Below the pieces are notes generated by a model. The model was not told where the DNA came from and searched no databases. It saw only the letters and a list, made by a program, of their open reading frames with translations. The position numbers and the translations under genes were made by a program. A stretch of 55,508 nucleotides of DNA, counting the filler, from Bipalium vagum (Eukaryota): assembly GCA_037834085.1 (NCBI GenBank). It is 3 parts of 3 records of this genome, joined end to end, with 100 filler letters (N's around TTAATTAATTAA, not from the genome) between each part and the next. Parts side by side here need not be neighbours in the genome. Positions count along the whole stretch, not along the records: positions 39,402 to 55,508 come from JBBMKC010126828.1; 2 more parts are not named here. The stretch is one strand, 5' to 3'. Below are positions 39,531-53,515 of this stretch, one piece after another; within the stretch, counting starts at the first letter, position 1; the number at the start of each line of letters is the position of its first letter.

Positions 39531-40131
39531 TATTATTTTTGCGATATTTTTTTGTTTTAATTTATGTACTTTTGTAGAATAATAATAACAACAATAATAA
39601 TGATAATAATTATTTATTCATATTTTATTTAATTTTTATTATATATACAACTCTTTGGGAAAAATTCTTTTGACATAAAATATAAAGATAATTAAATAAA
39701 AAAAGTTTTTATTCATAAATCAAATAATATTGTAATGTTCACACAGAAATGTTATATTATTATTTTGGATGTTTGGAAGGTTTTGGAAGTCTCCACAAAA
39801 CTATTAATCAAAATGTGAACTTAGTCTGACTTCAAAGATATATTAGTTGGATAAGAAAGGCAGAACAGTAAACGTGTAAAACTAAAATTTTTATTCAATT
39901 ACAACAATACAAAACTAATAATCAATTCAATTTTGTCTCGAAAACTGACACACAAAAAACCAATTCCCAGTGACTGAATCAAAATATTATAATAAAGAGA
40001 TGTAAATGGAGGCATCATATTTATCGTAAAGCTACCTTATTAATATTAATAATTTTCAAATATCAAATCAATTGGTAAATTATTTGTTTTTATACATCAA
40101 TTTAATTAAATAGTTTTGAATATTTTAAAAA

Positions 40132-40650
40132 ATGAACAAATCTGAAATTCGAGCAGTTATCAAATATTTGGTAAAAACATGATAGATTCATTGAACGATG
40201 ATGTTCCATCATTTATGATGGTCCATAAATTGGCTACGGAATTTAGTCAGGATCGTACAACTCTGGTATATGATCCCCGTTCTGGTCATCCAAAATCGCT
40301 TAGTACTCCAGAATTATTTTTCATTACAATGGCAAACATCAATGAATTAAAGTATGAACTTCTTCAACATCCCCCATGTGCACCTTATTTGGCTCCCTCT
40401 GCCTTTAACCTGTTCCAAAAGTTGAAAAATTTTCTGAGAAAGCACTTTTTCACAACAGAAAAAGTTCATGAAGCGTTAAATCATTATTTGGAAAGCCTTA
40501 ACGAAAACCACTTTCGAGATGGCATAATGGCCTTTAGAACATCGTTGGGAGAAGTATATAATATTAAGGAAAACTATGTTTAATAAAAATGTGATTTTTG
40601 TTTTAAAAATTTTTCTTATTCATTTCACAAACTTTTTGAACCACCCTTGT
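40132..40650 (+). mobile_element. Internally deleted mariner
   Basis: EIRAVIKYL, DPRSGHP fused directly to ELLQHPPCAPYLAPSAFNLF; 3' TIR ...TTTTTGAACCACCCTTGTA. Confidence 0.85.
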
Positions 40651-40814
40651 ATATATATACATAATAATAAATAGGGCGGTATCATATTTAAACCTTTGTA
40701 TATAAATTTTATAAAAATAATATTCAGTAATCAAAATCCAAAATTACATTAAAATAGGTAATGTTGTTTAAGTAGTATTTCAATTTTAAGCATCATCTAT
40801 TTAAACAGTTTTAG

Positions 40815-41302
40815 AAAACAGCAAAGAGTGAACCAGCACCCAAGAAAACGAAAACGGTTCCATCGGCAGGAAAAATTCTGGCTACCGTTTTTCGGAATGC
40901 TTAAGGTATTTTTTCATGGACTGCATTGAAAAAGATAACTGGATTATTCAAACCTACTTGATAAACTGTTCCATCATATTCGTGAGAAACGTCCAGGTCT
41001 GTCGATGTAAAAAAATTTTTCCACCATGATAATGCACCTGGTCACACGTCTAAAGTTTCAATGGAAAAAATAAAGTTTCACTTTGAATTAGCTCCAACTC
41101 CCATTCTCCTGATGTGACCCTGTCAGATTTTTTTGTTCAGAAACCTGAAGAAATTTCTCGGTTGACAAAGTTTTCGTCAAATAGTGAGGTTTAATAAAGT
41201 GTGTTCAGCTTGTAATAGACTAGATTGAAAAATAAATTGCTTTTATCTTTTTATTTTATTGCTTTCATATTTATTCACCGAAATTTTCAATCCACCCTTG
41301 TA
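40815..41302 (+). mobile_element. mariner 3' fragment
   Basis: PAPKKTKTVPSAGKILATVF, FHHDNAPGH, HSPD; TIR ...TTTTCAATCCACCCTTGTA. Confidence 0.85.
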
Positions 41303-44300
41303 TATATATGTATTAGAGAAGAAAATTTAAAAATCATAGAGACAGTTTCTAGTTGTTACAAACTGTGTATTGCCAATGAAAAAGTTTGTATGAGGCAACA
41401 GCTTGTATTATCTGATATACATTTTGATTGGTTAATGGCTAAAATTCATTGACCCAATGCTTATCAGTATACACTTAACGACAAATATCACATACATGGA
41501 TATATAAATTAATATTTTCTCAAACACAATGAACAATTAAATAATACAATGACTGTACATGATACTAATACATCGGTTAAGCAAATCGAACAGGGCCATT
41601 AAGACGCATAAGATGAGAGTTTAGACAGTCAATTGTAGAACAGTTAAAATTTATTTTTCAGAACAAAATTATCTAGCGTAGATTGACGTTTAGAGTTAAT
41701 TGATATGCAAATTAAACACGTCGTTTGAATACTTGGTCCACTTCGTGACATAGTTGTTTTCATTTATTTCTATTTCATCTAAATTTGAATCACTTAAATA
41801 ACCTTTAAAAAGCTCATTCCTAAAACTACACAAACAAGATTTATTAACATTTTTTAAATTTAATATATACAATATATCTTTATACAACAATTTTTAATTT
41901 TTCTAATTACACTTTCTTGTGTTCAATTCATATAAAATGACATCTAAAATTCTAATCATTTATGAAAATTAACCTATTTTTTATTTTTTGAAATACTTAA
42001 TTCTTTACTTCTTAAAATTAAACTTCAGTTTTTATATTAATTTTTTTTGATTAGATTCTAATCATTAGAATATATAATTAACTAAATTCAAATATTGAAA
42101 TGAAAAAATGAAAATGAAAATTAATTTTTACTTAAAAATATTAATTAAAAATTTTGTTTTAAAACATAAACATTATTGAAAAGTTTAAAATTGAAATATA
42201 TTTGATTTTCTATATAAGCAAACTGAAATTAACTTGGCATTTCCATTTTTAAAACGAACCTGGATATTTAATATTAAAGTTTTAGAAAATTTACTAAAAA
42301 TATTGTTAATTTTATTAATAACTTAATTAAGCTAATTATGGGAGTGTATAGTTTGATTATGTGCAATGAATATTCATGATATTTTTTATTATATTAAAAT
42401 GTATATATATTTTATGCAATGTTTTCGGTTGAACTTATTTATTGAAATAGAAAATTCTTTTTTCGTAATTATCATAAATAGCACTATTTTGGTGTTTATT
42501 CAAAGATATTAACATTAAAAATATATTATTTCTTTCCAATATTCTTTAAATTTCCTTATCAACTTATGAGCTGTAGTTTGTTTCTATTTATTATTCTCCT
42601 TAAAGATTTGAACATCCTGAATGAGATGTGGTTATTCCAATTACGTTTTCATAATTTGATTTCATTTTTAGTTCCATCATTTTATTCACAATTCTTCAAA
42701 GGTATATTTCACTTTTAAAAACCTATAAAAAACTGTATTTTGTAAGGAATTTCATGTTTAATAAAAGTTTTAAAATTCTCATTACCAACTGAATGAATGA
42801 TAAAATGTCTATGATCACTAACGACTCAGTAATTTTTTAATGGAAAACATGATGAGTATTTATTTTCAAATTTAAACAAGTATTCTGTCCCAAAAAAAAC
42901 CGAGTTTAGTAGTGTAAACTTCTGAGTATTCTGTGACGTATGTTGGAAACTTCTCTTTTAATTAACGTTCTTTCTATTATATGTGATACTTTAATTGCTT
43001 TGATATTCAAGATTAACGTCCAATTAAAATATTTGATTAATTTTTTTCTTCACAAGCTTTTTTGGTACTTGATTTTCAGGTTTTGAAAATGTTTTAGATA
43101 TTTATTTGAAATTTTAAACCAGATAAAATAATTATGAAATCATAAAATATTGTGAAACAATTAATAATGTCAAAAAAAGAAAATAATTGATTAGTCAATA
43201 TTTATGTAAGATATTAATTAAAATTTTTAAAATATTTTTTATTTTAAATTTTTAAAATTAATTTCCAAATTAAAGTTTTGATTAATTTCAAAAAATTTTC
43301 ATACTGTTTCACACTCAATTAGAAATAACAACTTTTTATTTTTCATTGATTTAATATATTAATTTATAGTGTTTTCTTTGATTTCTCTAAAATAATTTTT
43401 AAAAATCTATTATTTTATTACCAGTCAATTAAAACTGAAATATAATTTTTCTCTTTTGTGCAAACCTTGTTTTCTTCAATGTAATTTGCTTTGTTTATTG
43501 TGTAAATAAAATCAAGTTTATTTACAGTTGAATTAACTTTAAAACATCTGCAAAAAGTAATTTACGAGTTTAAATCATACAAAAATTAGGAATATTTTTC
43601 TCATTTCTTCTGTTGATTAAAAGTGAATTAAGTTAGTTAGATTTATTAATATTAATATTATTATTTTTTAAAATTAATTCATGGTTATTATTTTTGTTCA
43701 GTTTTTTAAAGTTACATAACATAATAAATAAGTGATTAAATCAAATTAAATTCCTTTTTAGTTTTTAATTTTCTTTAACTATAAATGTTTTAATTTTACA
43801 GTTTTTCCAGCATTATAATTTTTTTTTCATACTCTTCAAAAATTAAATACCAAAATGAATTTCCTTCATTCGATTTTACTAATTAAAATTTAATATTTTT
43901 GTAGTTTTTTGGATTCATTTCAAATTGAAAAAATATTTTTATTATTAGGTAACTATTATGAATCATTAAATCGGGAATAGTAAACTAGTCTGTAATAAAG
44001 TTCTTAATATTTATTGAAAACAATCATTGTTAGTAATAATAATAATATTATTATTTCAGAATTACGAGAAAAAATAAAATAATAAAATAGTTTTGAACAA
44101 TTTTAATAAGTGAAAAGGAAATATACTCCAATTTAGATTAAATATATATATTTAGAATTTATTTATATATATTTTTTCTTAATATTTGAAATTTTATATT
44201 GAACATAGCACATTATATTTATATTCTTATTTTAATCTTAAAAATAAAATAAAAAAATCAAAAATTTTATTATAAATTTGGTAAACAATATTTTTAAAAA

Positions 44301-44401
44301 ATAAATGTCTTAATGAAAAATTGTGATAAATATTTTAATTAAATTTATGAGTTATAAGGGGTGCGTTAGATACACGAGAATTTTTATTTTAAATAATAAT
44401 A

Positions 44402-45330
44402 TATGAGGGTGGTTTCAAATTTTGTCAAATGAAAAAGAAAAAAAGATTTTAAAATTAAAATCACATTATTATTCAACATTATCTTCCTAAATATTAATAC
44501 ACTTCAGCCAACGATGTTCTAAGGCCATTATGTCATCTCGAAAGCGGTTTTAATCACTGATTTATTGCTTCATGAACCTCCTCCGTTGCGAAAAAGCGCT
44601 TTCCACCAAGGGAAAATGTCAACTTTGAGAACGGCTGAAAGTCAGAGTGAGCCAAATATGGTGAATACGAGGTGTAAGCATTCTGGTAATTAATTCACCT
44701 TCTGTTAGGTGGAGTTCCATCATTTTTTTGAACTTCTGTTTGACCTTTTGAAAAAAATTCTGAATACTTTCTGAGCCGCGCCTGTAATTCTTCCCAGTCG
44801 GTAACCACATTCTTTTCTTTGGCATACGCCAGACGTAATCGAGGTTCAAATCTATTCGTCAAGTTTGCTGCCCTTTTATATTCCCCGATCAGCTCTTTTT
44901 CGATCATCGCATAAATAAGAGCTCGCATTTTCTTGGGCTTGTTCAAAACATCAAAAAATCGGCTGCATTAGCTGATGAATACCTCCAGATCATCTGAACG
45001 ATTCATCATTTTTGGAAGAAGTCTCTCCACTAACGGGTCTGCTGGTGTGGTCACAATGTTAATTAAAAATTAATTGGAGATACCGGGATTCGAACAAACA
45101 AAATTTTATTTTTTGCAACAAATTTATACACACATGAACATAAATCACCAGCCCATTGCTGTGAGCCTAGTGTGGCAATAAAATAAAACATACAAAAAAT
45201 ATATACAATAAATCATATCACAAATCCAATTTATCCAACAGTTTTACGTAATTCTCTCCATTGATTGTTTCATCTTTTTGGAGATAATCGAACATAAGAA
45301 TTCCTTTGGCTTCAAAAAATTGGATTATAA
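44402..45330 (-). mobile_element. mariner fragment interrupted by an LTR-retrotransposon piece
   Basis: TIR at 44402; HLVFTIFGSLDFQPF...RWLKCI-like 3' part (44460-44690); FEAKGILMFDYLQK middle part (45230-45330). Confidence 0.7.
44695..45215 (-). mobile_element. LTR retrotransposon fragment: LTR end, PBS-like site, gag start
   Basis: ...TTAACA followed by TTGTGACCAC (PBS-like), then DDLEVFIS.CSRFFDVL...LIYAMIEKELIGEY, which is gag-like. Confidence 0.5.
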
Positions 45331-46344
45331 AAAATTGGATATTGAAATTTAGAAACCCAACAATGATCTATTGAAAAGGATTCGATTCAAAATTGGAAAG
45401 GAAACCAAATGTTGATACTTATTTTCATGATCATATTTTCCCGACAGCTCTCTATATCATTAACCAAAGGTCTTCTTCAATAATTATTGGATGAAAAATG
45501 GTAATACCTCAAAGAAGTTGAAAGCGGGACATAACATAAAGAATATAACGGAGTCTACTTTATTGATAGGATGACATGATAAGAAAACGATTGTATTAGA
45601 AAATGAATAATTTGAAACAAAAAAAATCATATGAATTATGCAAAAAAAAACATTTAATTAAAAATATAATAATTTAGTAATAATAGAAATATTCCAAAAA
45701 AAAATATATTTTTCGAAGAAATTTTTAATTTTAAAAACTGTTAAGATATATTTTTTCTTCTAAATATATTTTGGTTAAATTTTTTCAAATTCTTTAAAAT
45801 ATATTTGACGTTTTTATGACAGATATTGAAAATATAATTAAAAATTCGTTAGAAATAAATGGAAGTCTAAATTAATATCTACTTTTAGTATAACAGTGTC
45901 ATTAAATACTTGTCACATTGTAGAGTTATCTTCATTATATTTTTATCAAATCCATACGGAAGATGTTAAAATTAAAAGCTCTCAAGTTTGCTTTGATTTC
46001 TGTTATAATTTAAAAAGTAGGAAGGAAGGGCTGTGAAATAAGATGAAGAGAAAGTGTTTTAAGCTTAGGGTTATCAAAGTTAAGGTTACAAATTAACAAA
46101 TTACCAAGTGTTTTCTAGTTATAGTATCAGGAAAAGGTTTGATAATAAAATCTGTGAATTTTGAATCTACGAGAGTCAGTCAAAAAGTAACCTTAAATTA
46201 CATGTAAAAAGTAAAAAAAAATGTAAAGATTTAGTACACCTTTTATTTTATAAGTATATACATTAAAATAAATAAAAACTCACACCCATGATTAATATTC
46301 GCATTTGTTTTAATAATCGGATTAAAATTATGGCCGGGTATCTA

Positions 46345-46790
46345 TAACTGAATGCACCGAAGAAGAGATGCGTGCAATAATTTAATTTTTAGGCAGTGAA
46401 GGTGAATGTTAATATACATCGCAGAATGTTATCAAAGTATGAATATGCCTGTTTATCATTTCAACAGTTATATGAATAACATATGAAGTTTCAAAGTGGA
46501 TTAACAAATCTGTGCGATGCACCAAAATCTGGGAGACCCAATTCAGCTGAAATAACAGAGAACATTTCCGAATTTGATCACATATTATGTGAAAACAGAC
46601 GGATAACAATTGATGAAGTTGCCTCAAAAATGATGTTAAGTCACAGCTCAGTCCATTAAATCATACACGATAGAAATATAAAAAACTGTCTGCCAGATGG
46701 GTTCCAAGACAGCTTACCGACGAGATGAAAGTCCGCCGGATGGACATCTGATAAGTGCTCCTTTATCGTTTCTAGTTCAAGAAACTTGTT
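46345..46790 (+). mobile_element. mariner 5' fragment
   Basis: EMRAII.FL, DAPKSGRP, KKLSARWVPRQLT. Confidence 0.85.
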
Positions 46791-48088
46791 GAAGACAGAA
46801 AAAATGATAATTGATATTGACCAAAATCGGTCAAAGTTAATAATTTGTTCCGAGTAACCATAAGTAATATTTAGCCTCACCACGTGTAAATATCAAAATA
46901 TAATAATTCTAATCTACGATCATTGTCATATGATTCGGTATCCATGATCTTAAAATTTCTATGACTCTTTCTAAACCTCTTTGCTGTAATTTTTATAATG
47001 AATTAATCTAAAAAATGCAGTAATTAATTCAATTATGGAAAAATATGTGGTCAGTACGCCCATTATATTTGGAAAAAAATCGTAGTCAGAATTGAGATAA
47101 ATATCTAAAACTTCTCCATGTCAGTGACAACCATTTCTTTGATTTGAAAAAAAATCACTGTTTTTGTTTTTTTGTTACTTACGCTCAAATGGGTTGATAA
47201 TAAATCCAATATTAATCTTGAGGAAATAACAAAAATAAGTTTTAGTCTTCTCGATACCAGACCTACTTTATAAAAAATTTTATTTTCAAGAATTGGAATA
47301 AAACCTAAGGAAATTTTATAATCAAAGCAGAGTACATCTTCTTTTAATTAATATAGAGAATCCCCAATAGGTTTAGATCAGTCTAAAATCTGTGAGTAGA
47401 AATTCAAATAAAGATTAACCTCGGTATATTAGAACTGCTGAAGAACGATTAACGTCTATCCTAACATGATTAAATAAAACTTCAACAACTCTTTCATTTT
47501 TGTCATTAATTAACCCTAAATATTTATTTAGAGAACAAAACAAAACTGGGATTATCATTAAAATAAGATTTTTTGGGGTTAAACTTAAATATTACGAGTG
47601 CAAGTGCTTTATTGACATTTTAGGGTTACTCATACAAGTATGATATAATATATAAATAAATATACAATATAATATAAATATTATATTATATTACAAAGAT
47701 AAACTATATATGTCTAGTTCATTAAATAACTTTGAAACTTCATAATAAAATGATAATCTGCCTTAAACAGAACTTTTCCTTTTTTTGGAACAAACATTGA
47801 ACCCTGTTAATTTTTTACTGGAGCTATTTTAAAAATGTTGAATATTTTGTTATCGAAAATTATATTTTCTTACAATAGTAAATTATTTTTTATTTATTTA
47901 TTAATACTTTAACTTAATTTAATTAGTCTATTTTTAAAGTTTTTATGCTTTAATTTAGATTTTTTACTAAACTAATTTTATTTTTAAACTAATTTTTATT
48001 TTTAAATAAATATTATTTACCTTTTTTTCAAAACTCATTTTTCTTTTTATTTTTAATTAATGATTTTTCTGTTATTTTATGAATAGAA

Positions 48089-48322
48089 ATGAAAATAGCG
48101 ACGATGATGATTATTATTTTTATAAATCAATGCCAAAATCAATCCAAAAAATTAATATGTGATAATGGATTAAAAATGGTCCAATGCTCAACCAGTTCGA
48201 TCTGTGATGCCGCATGTGATCAGCCATTGAACTGCGGACAATGCCGAGATTGCGTCTCTTACTGTTGCAAAGTGAATATTATCGAAAAAACCTCTGGACG
48301 ATGTGTTGAAAATATATTATAA
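48089..48322 (+). CDS. Small secreted cysteine-rich peptide, TIL (trypsin-inhibitor-like) domain-like; may be a pseudogene
   Basis: Short hydrophobic N-terminus MKIATMMIIIFI; 10 Cys in C-x8-C-x5-C-x3-C...GRCV arrangement; AG 2 nt before ATG; AATAAA at about 48346. Confidence 0.55.
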   Translation: MKIATMMIIIFINQCQNQSKKLICDNGLKMVQCSTSSICDAACDQPLNCGQCRDCVSYCCKVNIIEKTSGRCVENIL

Positions 48323-48803
48323 TTGCATGGTTACAGAGATATATCAATAAAAAGGGTCCAATATTATAATTTGATTGTTTTATTTTGGTTTTCTGTTTTG
48401 GGATAATATTTATACTTGTAGTTCAAAGAGATATACTTAACCCTCTAAACGAAGATCATGTCCAATGAAAAAATAGTTGACGAAGACTTTGATTTCTTAA
48501 TTTCCACAATGGAATGTCAGTATCAAGGAATGTTCTTGTTACATTTAAAGCAAAATCTTCATCCTTTGTTTGTAAAAATTCTTGTTTGATAATCTTATTT
48601 TGATGTTTCAAACGGTTTGCATGTTTCTTGGTTTTGTGATGATTATTAAGAAATTTTTTTTATCGCAAGTGATGTTACTATTACGGATATTCTGGATACA
48701 TATTTACAATAAGTTATGCTTTACATTTTGTGAACGTAGTAATTTTCGGCATATTAATTGCTAAAGTATCAAATTTACTAATTAATATTTAATAAAAATT
48801 TTC

Positions 48804-49971
48804 GGATCATGTTTTTTAACCGGTCTCTGACATCAAGTCTCTTTTTTGACCGATCTCAAAATTTTCATGTTGATATTAAAGAAATGAATATTAAAGCAAT
48901 AAGCAGCATGGTGATGAGTATCCTATCCTGTACAATTATGTTTTAAGGGAACACAGTCTGTTATTACTATAATTATTACTCATTGTGTTTAATGGCGCTG
49001 ATACACAAAAAATTGCATAAATTACAATAGATATTTTTCTAATAGAAGAAAATCCTTTTTTGATAAATTCAAAGTACCTCTAAACAAATGTGTCCATTTA
49101 AAAAAGCACCATTTTTTCATATTTCTTTTTGATCTTCATTTAGTTCATTTCTCTCTTTTTCACCAATCTTGAGCAGCACAGAATACAAAAAATACTCATC
49201 ATTCATACACATAAAAGGAAAACCAAGACTTATCTGAGTCTAGAATGGAGAATTCACAACTCACTTAAGACACCAGTCCCTAATTATTCCGAAAAGAAAA
49301 TACCATATGTACAAAGAAAATCTCACTGCTATATCACTTTTCGACCTCAGGGATATTGCTGTGTAGATGAGCGAATGAGTCAGTATACAATTCCTTGATT
49401 CATTCATTGAGGATTACTTATTGACCCTTTATTGTTCTGACGATTTTATAAAAATATAAATAAATAAATAAATAAATAAAGGATAAAGATAAAGTTAATT
49501 TGTTTACGTTCTGGGTCATAGCTGTGATGATAAAAGAAGATCATAAAAGTCAATTCCTGATGATACGGGTGCTTCAAAATCTATCGTTATTAATTTCTAT
49601 GCAGAAATGAGAAAGAAATGTGAGATTTTTTCTTGAAAAATTCAATAAAAATGGGAGAATCCATGTTCTCAAATGTTTAAAGATAAGATGTTTATTCATC
49701 AAACTGTCAACCAAAAGATGAATTTTGTTGGCAGAGAGACTGGTGCTCACTCGCAAATTGAATCGATTTGGGGGAAAACTATGGTGATCTCTTGGAATTA
49801 TATCTAAATGAATGAATGTGACGCTTAAATATTCAATCGAGAAACTGCGAATCAATTTTTTAAAAATAAATTTGCTTTTGTTATTTTTTTGTGATTCGTT
49901 CAAGTCTCTTTTTTGACCGGTCAATCGTATCAAGTATTTTTTTGACTGATTCGGTCAAAAAAACATGATCT
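48804..49971 (-). mobile_element. Non-autonomous MULE/Mutator-like element with 8-bp TSD
   Basis: TIRs GGATCATGTTTTTTAACCG / CGGTCAAAAAAACATGATCT; AAATTTTC duplicated at 48796-48803 and 49972-49979; internal WCFFKWTH resembles MULE GCxFHW. Confidence 0.65.
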
Positions 49972-51319
49972 AAATTTTCTTATAATATTTCTTTTTTCTT
50001 AAATTTTTCTTAATATACCCGAAATGATTTTATGTAATTCTGACTAAACAAAGTACGCTGATTTCGAAAATGTTGACGAAAAAGTTGTACGACGCCTGGT
50101 CATTCAGAAACTTAAGTTTTAAAAATATTTATGTAAACAAGCTATTATTACCTAACTTTATTGATCTTACCATTTTTTATGACTTTATTGACCAAAAATG
50201 TTTTATTTAAGTTTATTGACTTTTTAGAGTCATAGTTATCATGTTACCAATCATTGAAGTCTCAGAAATCCAATTTTTATTCAATTTCTTCATCTTTATG
50301 ATATTTTTATCGTTCTTATAAATATGAAAAGGAAATTTTAAATTGACTCAAAAGTAAAACTAAAGATTTGGATTAAAATGATATTAACCAAGAGTACAAA
50401 CTGCTGGAACTAAGTAAGTCAGACTGGAGATTTCTATTTTGTTCAATGATGTATACTAAAAGCCAAGAAAGTTACTCTTAACTTTTGTTATAACCTTTGG
50501 ACATCGGATACAGCGAAATCCTCAAAATATCGATTTGAAACAGATACCCTGTTAGATCTTTCATAGTTCGACATTTGATCTTTGATTTATCAAAATGTTA
50601 AATAAACAATAATTGAATTAGTTTTTGTTTATCTGATATCCATAACAGAAATTAATTAAATTTTCACATAATTTTAGAAAATAATTTTTTAAGAAAAATT
50701 ATCATCAGCCCTTCAAATACCAAATTGAAAAATAATCCATAAAGTTGAAAGGGGAAAAATTCTCGAAATTTAAAATTATCAGAAAAATAATCTATTAAAT
50801 TAAAACAAAAGATGTTTATTATCAATTCCACTCGGGGCAACAATTGAAATCAAATTATATTAAATTAATTATTGAAACGTTATTTATTGGATTTATTCCA
50901 CTGCAAAGTCTTAATAAGAACAATGAATTAAATTTAATAAAAAAAATAAACAGTTTTTATTAATTTAATACATAAAGCCTACTCCACATTCTCTTCATCA
51001 ATAACAAGATTAATAAAAATTCATAAATCAATAAATACTCTATCGACCCGAGTCATTAAACTAATTTCATTTATATTTCCTATGATTCCTATGACAAATA
51101 ATCAATTGGTTTGACCGTCTAATCAATATTTCATTTCCATTAACAAGACAGCGGATCTTGGTAGGGATGACTGAATATTCTTAAATTATTTAATTATTTT
51201 TCATTTTGTGTCACAAAATTTAGCCGATAATAAAAACAGTTTTTGAAAAATACCATTTATGAAAATTGGAGGCAAAAATTTTAATAAACATGAAAGAAAA
51301 TCATAACAATTTGGACTTG

Positions 51320-51521
51320 NNNNNNNNNNNNNNNNNNNNNNNNNNNNNNNNNNNNNNNNNNNNNNNNNNNNNNNNNNNNNNNNNNNNNNNNNNNNNNNNN
51401 NNNNNNNNNNNNNNNNNNNNNNNNNNNNNNNNNNNNNNNNNNNNNNNNNNNNNNNNNNNNNNNNNNNNNNNNNNNNNNNNNNNNNNNNNNNNNNNNNNNN
51501 NNNNNNNNNNNNNNNNNNNNN
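51320..51521. other. Assembly gap
   Basis: Run of about 202 N. Confidence 0.98.
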
Positions 51522-53009
51522 GTTATTTACTTATATGACTTCATTATTATTATATTATATATTAAAAATAAAATTAAAATATCTTAAAATGCTACCACAT
51601 GAAATTGGACATTATTTTAAGCTTTTCATTTTTATTTTTAATTGTTTTAATAAATCAATAAATAAAGTTATATAACCATTAAAAATAAAATTATTTTCAT
51701 TTATGTATTTTTTCAATATAATAATAACTAACCAATTACTTAAATATATTTAGAGTTATATATCTTAAAGATACGCGTCTCGTTTTGTGATCAAGATATA
51801 ACCTTAATACCTTTAATGATCATATCTTGGTGCTGGTTGCATTGTAATGCATTATCTCTCGATAATTTACAATGTACATATCTCACACCTGTTTAATGAG
51901 CTTGAGAGATTTTTTCCCAGTAAAATAAGCATTTCGTAGGAGGTAGATTTTTAACACTATCATGATCTGATCTCCACTTATTCTTCCCATTTCATGGTAA
52001 TCTCTGAAGAGTTTTTTGCAGATCTATATTTTCCGTAAGTATTTTTTCTACTTCTTAGTAGAACGATATTCACATTTGTCTTTTTCTCATTTTTTCCTGA
52101 ATATTATCCTCCTTGCAGCGTTAAGACTTATGCATCAATATGTTCCTGTTTTCACATGCGATGAGAGATTATTTATTTTTTTAAGATATTCAGTCCAGAA
52201 ACCTTTGTCGAATTTCTCAAGTGCAGAGTTGCATTAATTTAGATAACATTTTCTCTGGTGACATTTTAATGTGACGAAGGATATTTCGGAATATTAACAT
52301 ATGATGGATTTTAGTATTCCTGAGATGCTATAATACTTTAACGGCAATAATGCTTATCAACAGATCGCTAATTTTGATACTGAATTATTAGGTTGTTTAA
52401 AAATGAATGTCCTTTTTTTTGTCTTTAAACTTTTAAAGTAAAAATTTTCAATTAAGACTAAAGTTTAGTAAGCAAAATATACACCATTAGCTTGAATACA
52501 CTTAGTCCAACGAGACACAAGTTTCTTTATGCCACTATCATAAAATTCCTTTTTATAAAGCCGACATTCATTTCTAAACAACCTAATACTTAATGGTCCG
52601 CAACAGAAAAGATATAGAAAAACCATTAGACCTCAGAAACGGTCAGAAGACCATATTGAGCTTAAGACATTGGGAATTTTATTTTACGACAGCTTCCTTT
52701 ATTTAAGAGACCTTTTTTAAAAATCAAGAGAGATTGGTTTTATTTTCAAGAATATTGGGGACAACAAAAACCAAGCTTGGATAAATGTCTGAATTCATTT
52801 CCTAATATTTAAAGTCGGGAATCAATGAGACGCGTCCAATAGTAAGAATGTACAATTCAAATGTAGAGTTGTAGTCTTACACGTTTCGGGAGACTGACGT
52901 CTTGAGGGAATAACATGAATTGAACCTCTGACATACATATTACACTGCAGACAATTTCGAAGATATCTTAGGAGTTTTAAACACAAAAATCTTTATATGA
53001 AAGAATTTA

Positions 53010-53515
53010 TTGGGTTGGAAACAAAGTTTCCGGGAAAACCTTATTCATAGAAAAAAATGAATATAAGACTAATATCAAATGAAAAATTTATAAAACAATG
53101 TAATATTACAACAACAAAGTAGATATCAATCAGTAAAATAATTGCCATTCTTCTCAATTACTTGCTTCCAACGACATGACAGGTCACCTACCCCTGGTTA
53201 TAAAAATACATTGTTTTACTTTCACAAATTTCACCAACTACTGCTTTCAATTCATCGTCATTTATTCATCGTCTTATGATTTAGGTAGTTCTGCATAGCC
53301 CAGAATAAATGGAAATCGGACATTTTATATATTGAAATGTGAGCTGAAATATTGTTTATTTACACCGTGACAATAAATTTATGACGAAATGCCCGTGACC
53401 TTTTTAAACAACTTATCTATAAATAAATTTACATACTTACAGAAGTCAATAAATAATAAATAATACTGTTTTTGTTATAAGTACTTTTTGTCCGGAAACT
53501 TTGCTTCCAACCCAA
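53010..53515 (-). mobile_element. Non-autonomous mariner (MITE-like deletion derivative)
   Basis: TIRs TTGGGTTGGAAACAAAGTTTCCGG / CCGGAAACTTTGCTTCCAACCCAA with TA TSD; SDFHLFWAMQNYL and RWKQVIEKNGNY inside. Confidence 0.88.

Noticed and set aside
47505-47630. Scattered TTAGGG/CCCTAA hexamers
   Set aside because: Not tandem; no interstitial telomere array.
51266-51538. 90-aa ORF
   Set aside because: Consists mostly of the N gap.
52875-52915. Penelope-type minimal hammerhead (minus: CTCAAGA...CGAAACGTGTA)
   Set aside because: Core CUGA is mutated and stems I/II do not pair convincingly.
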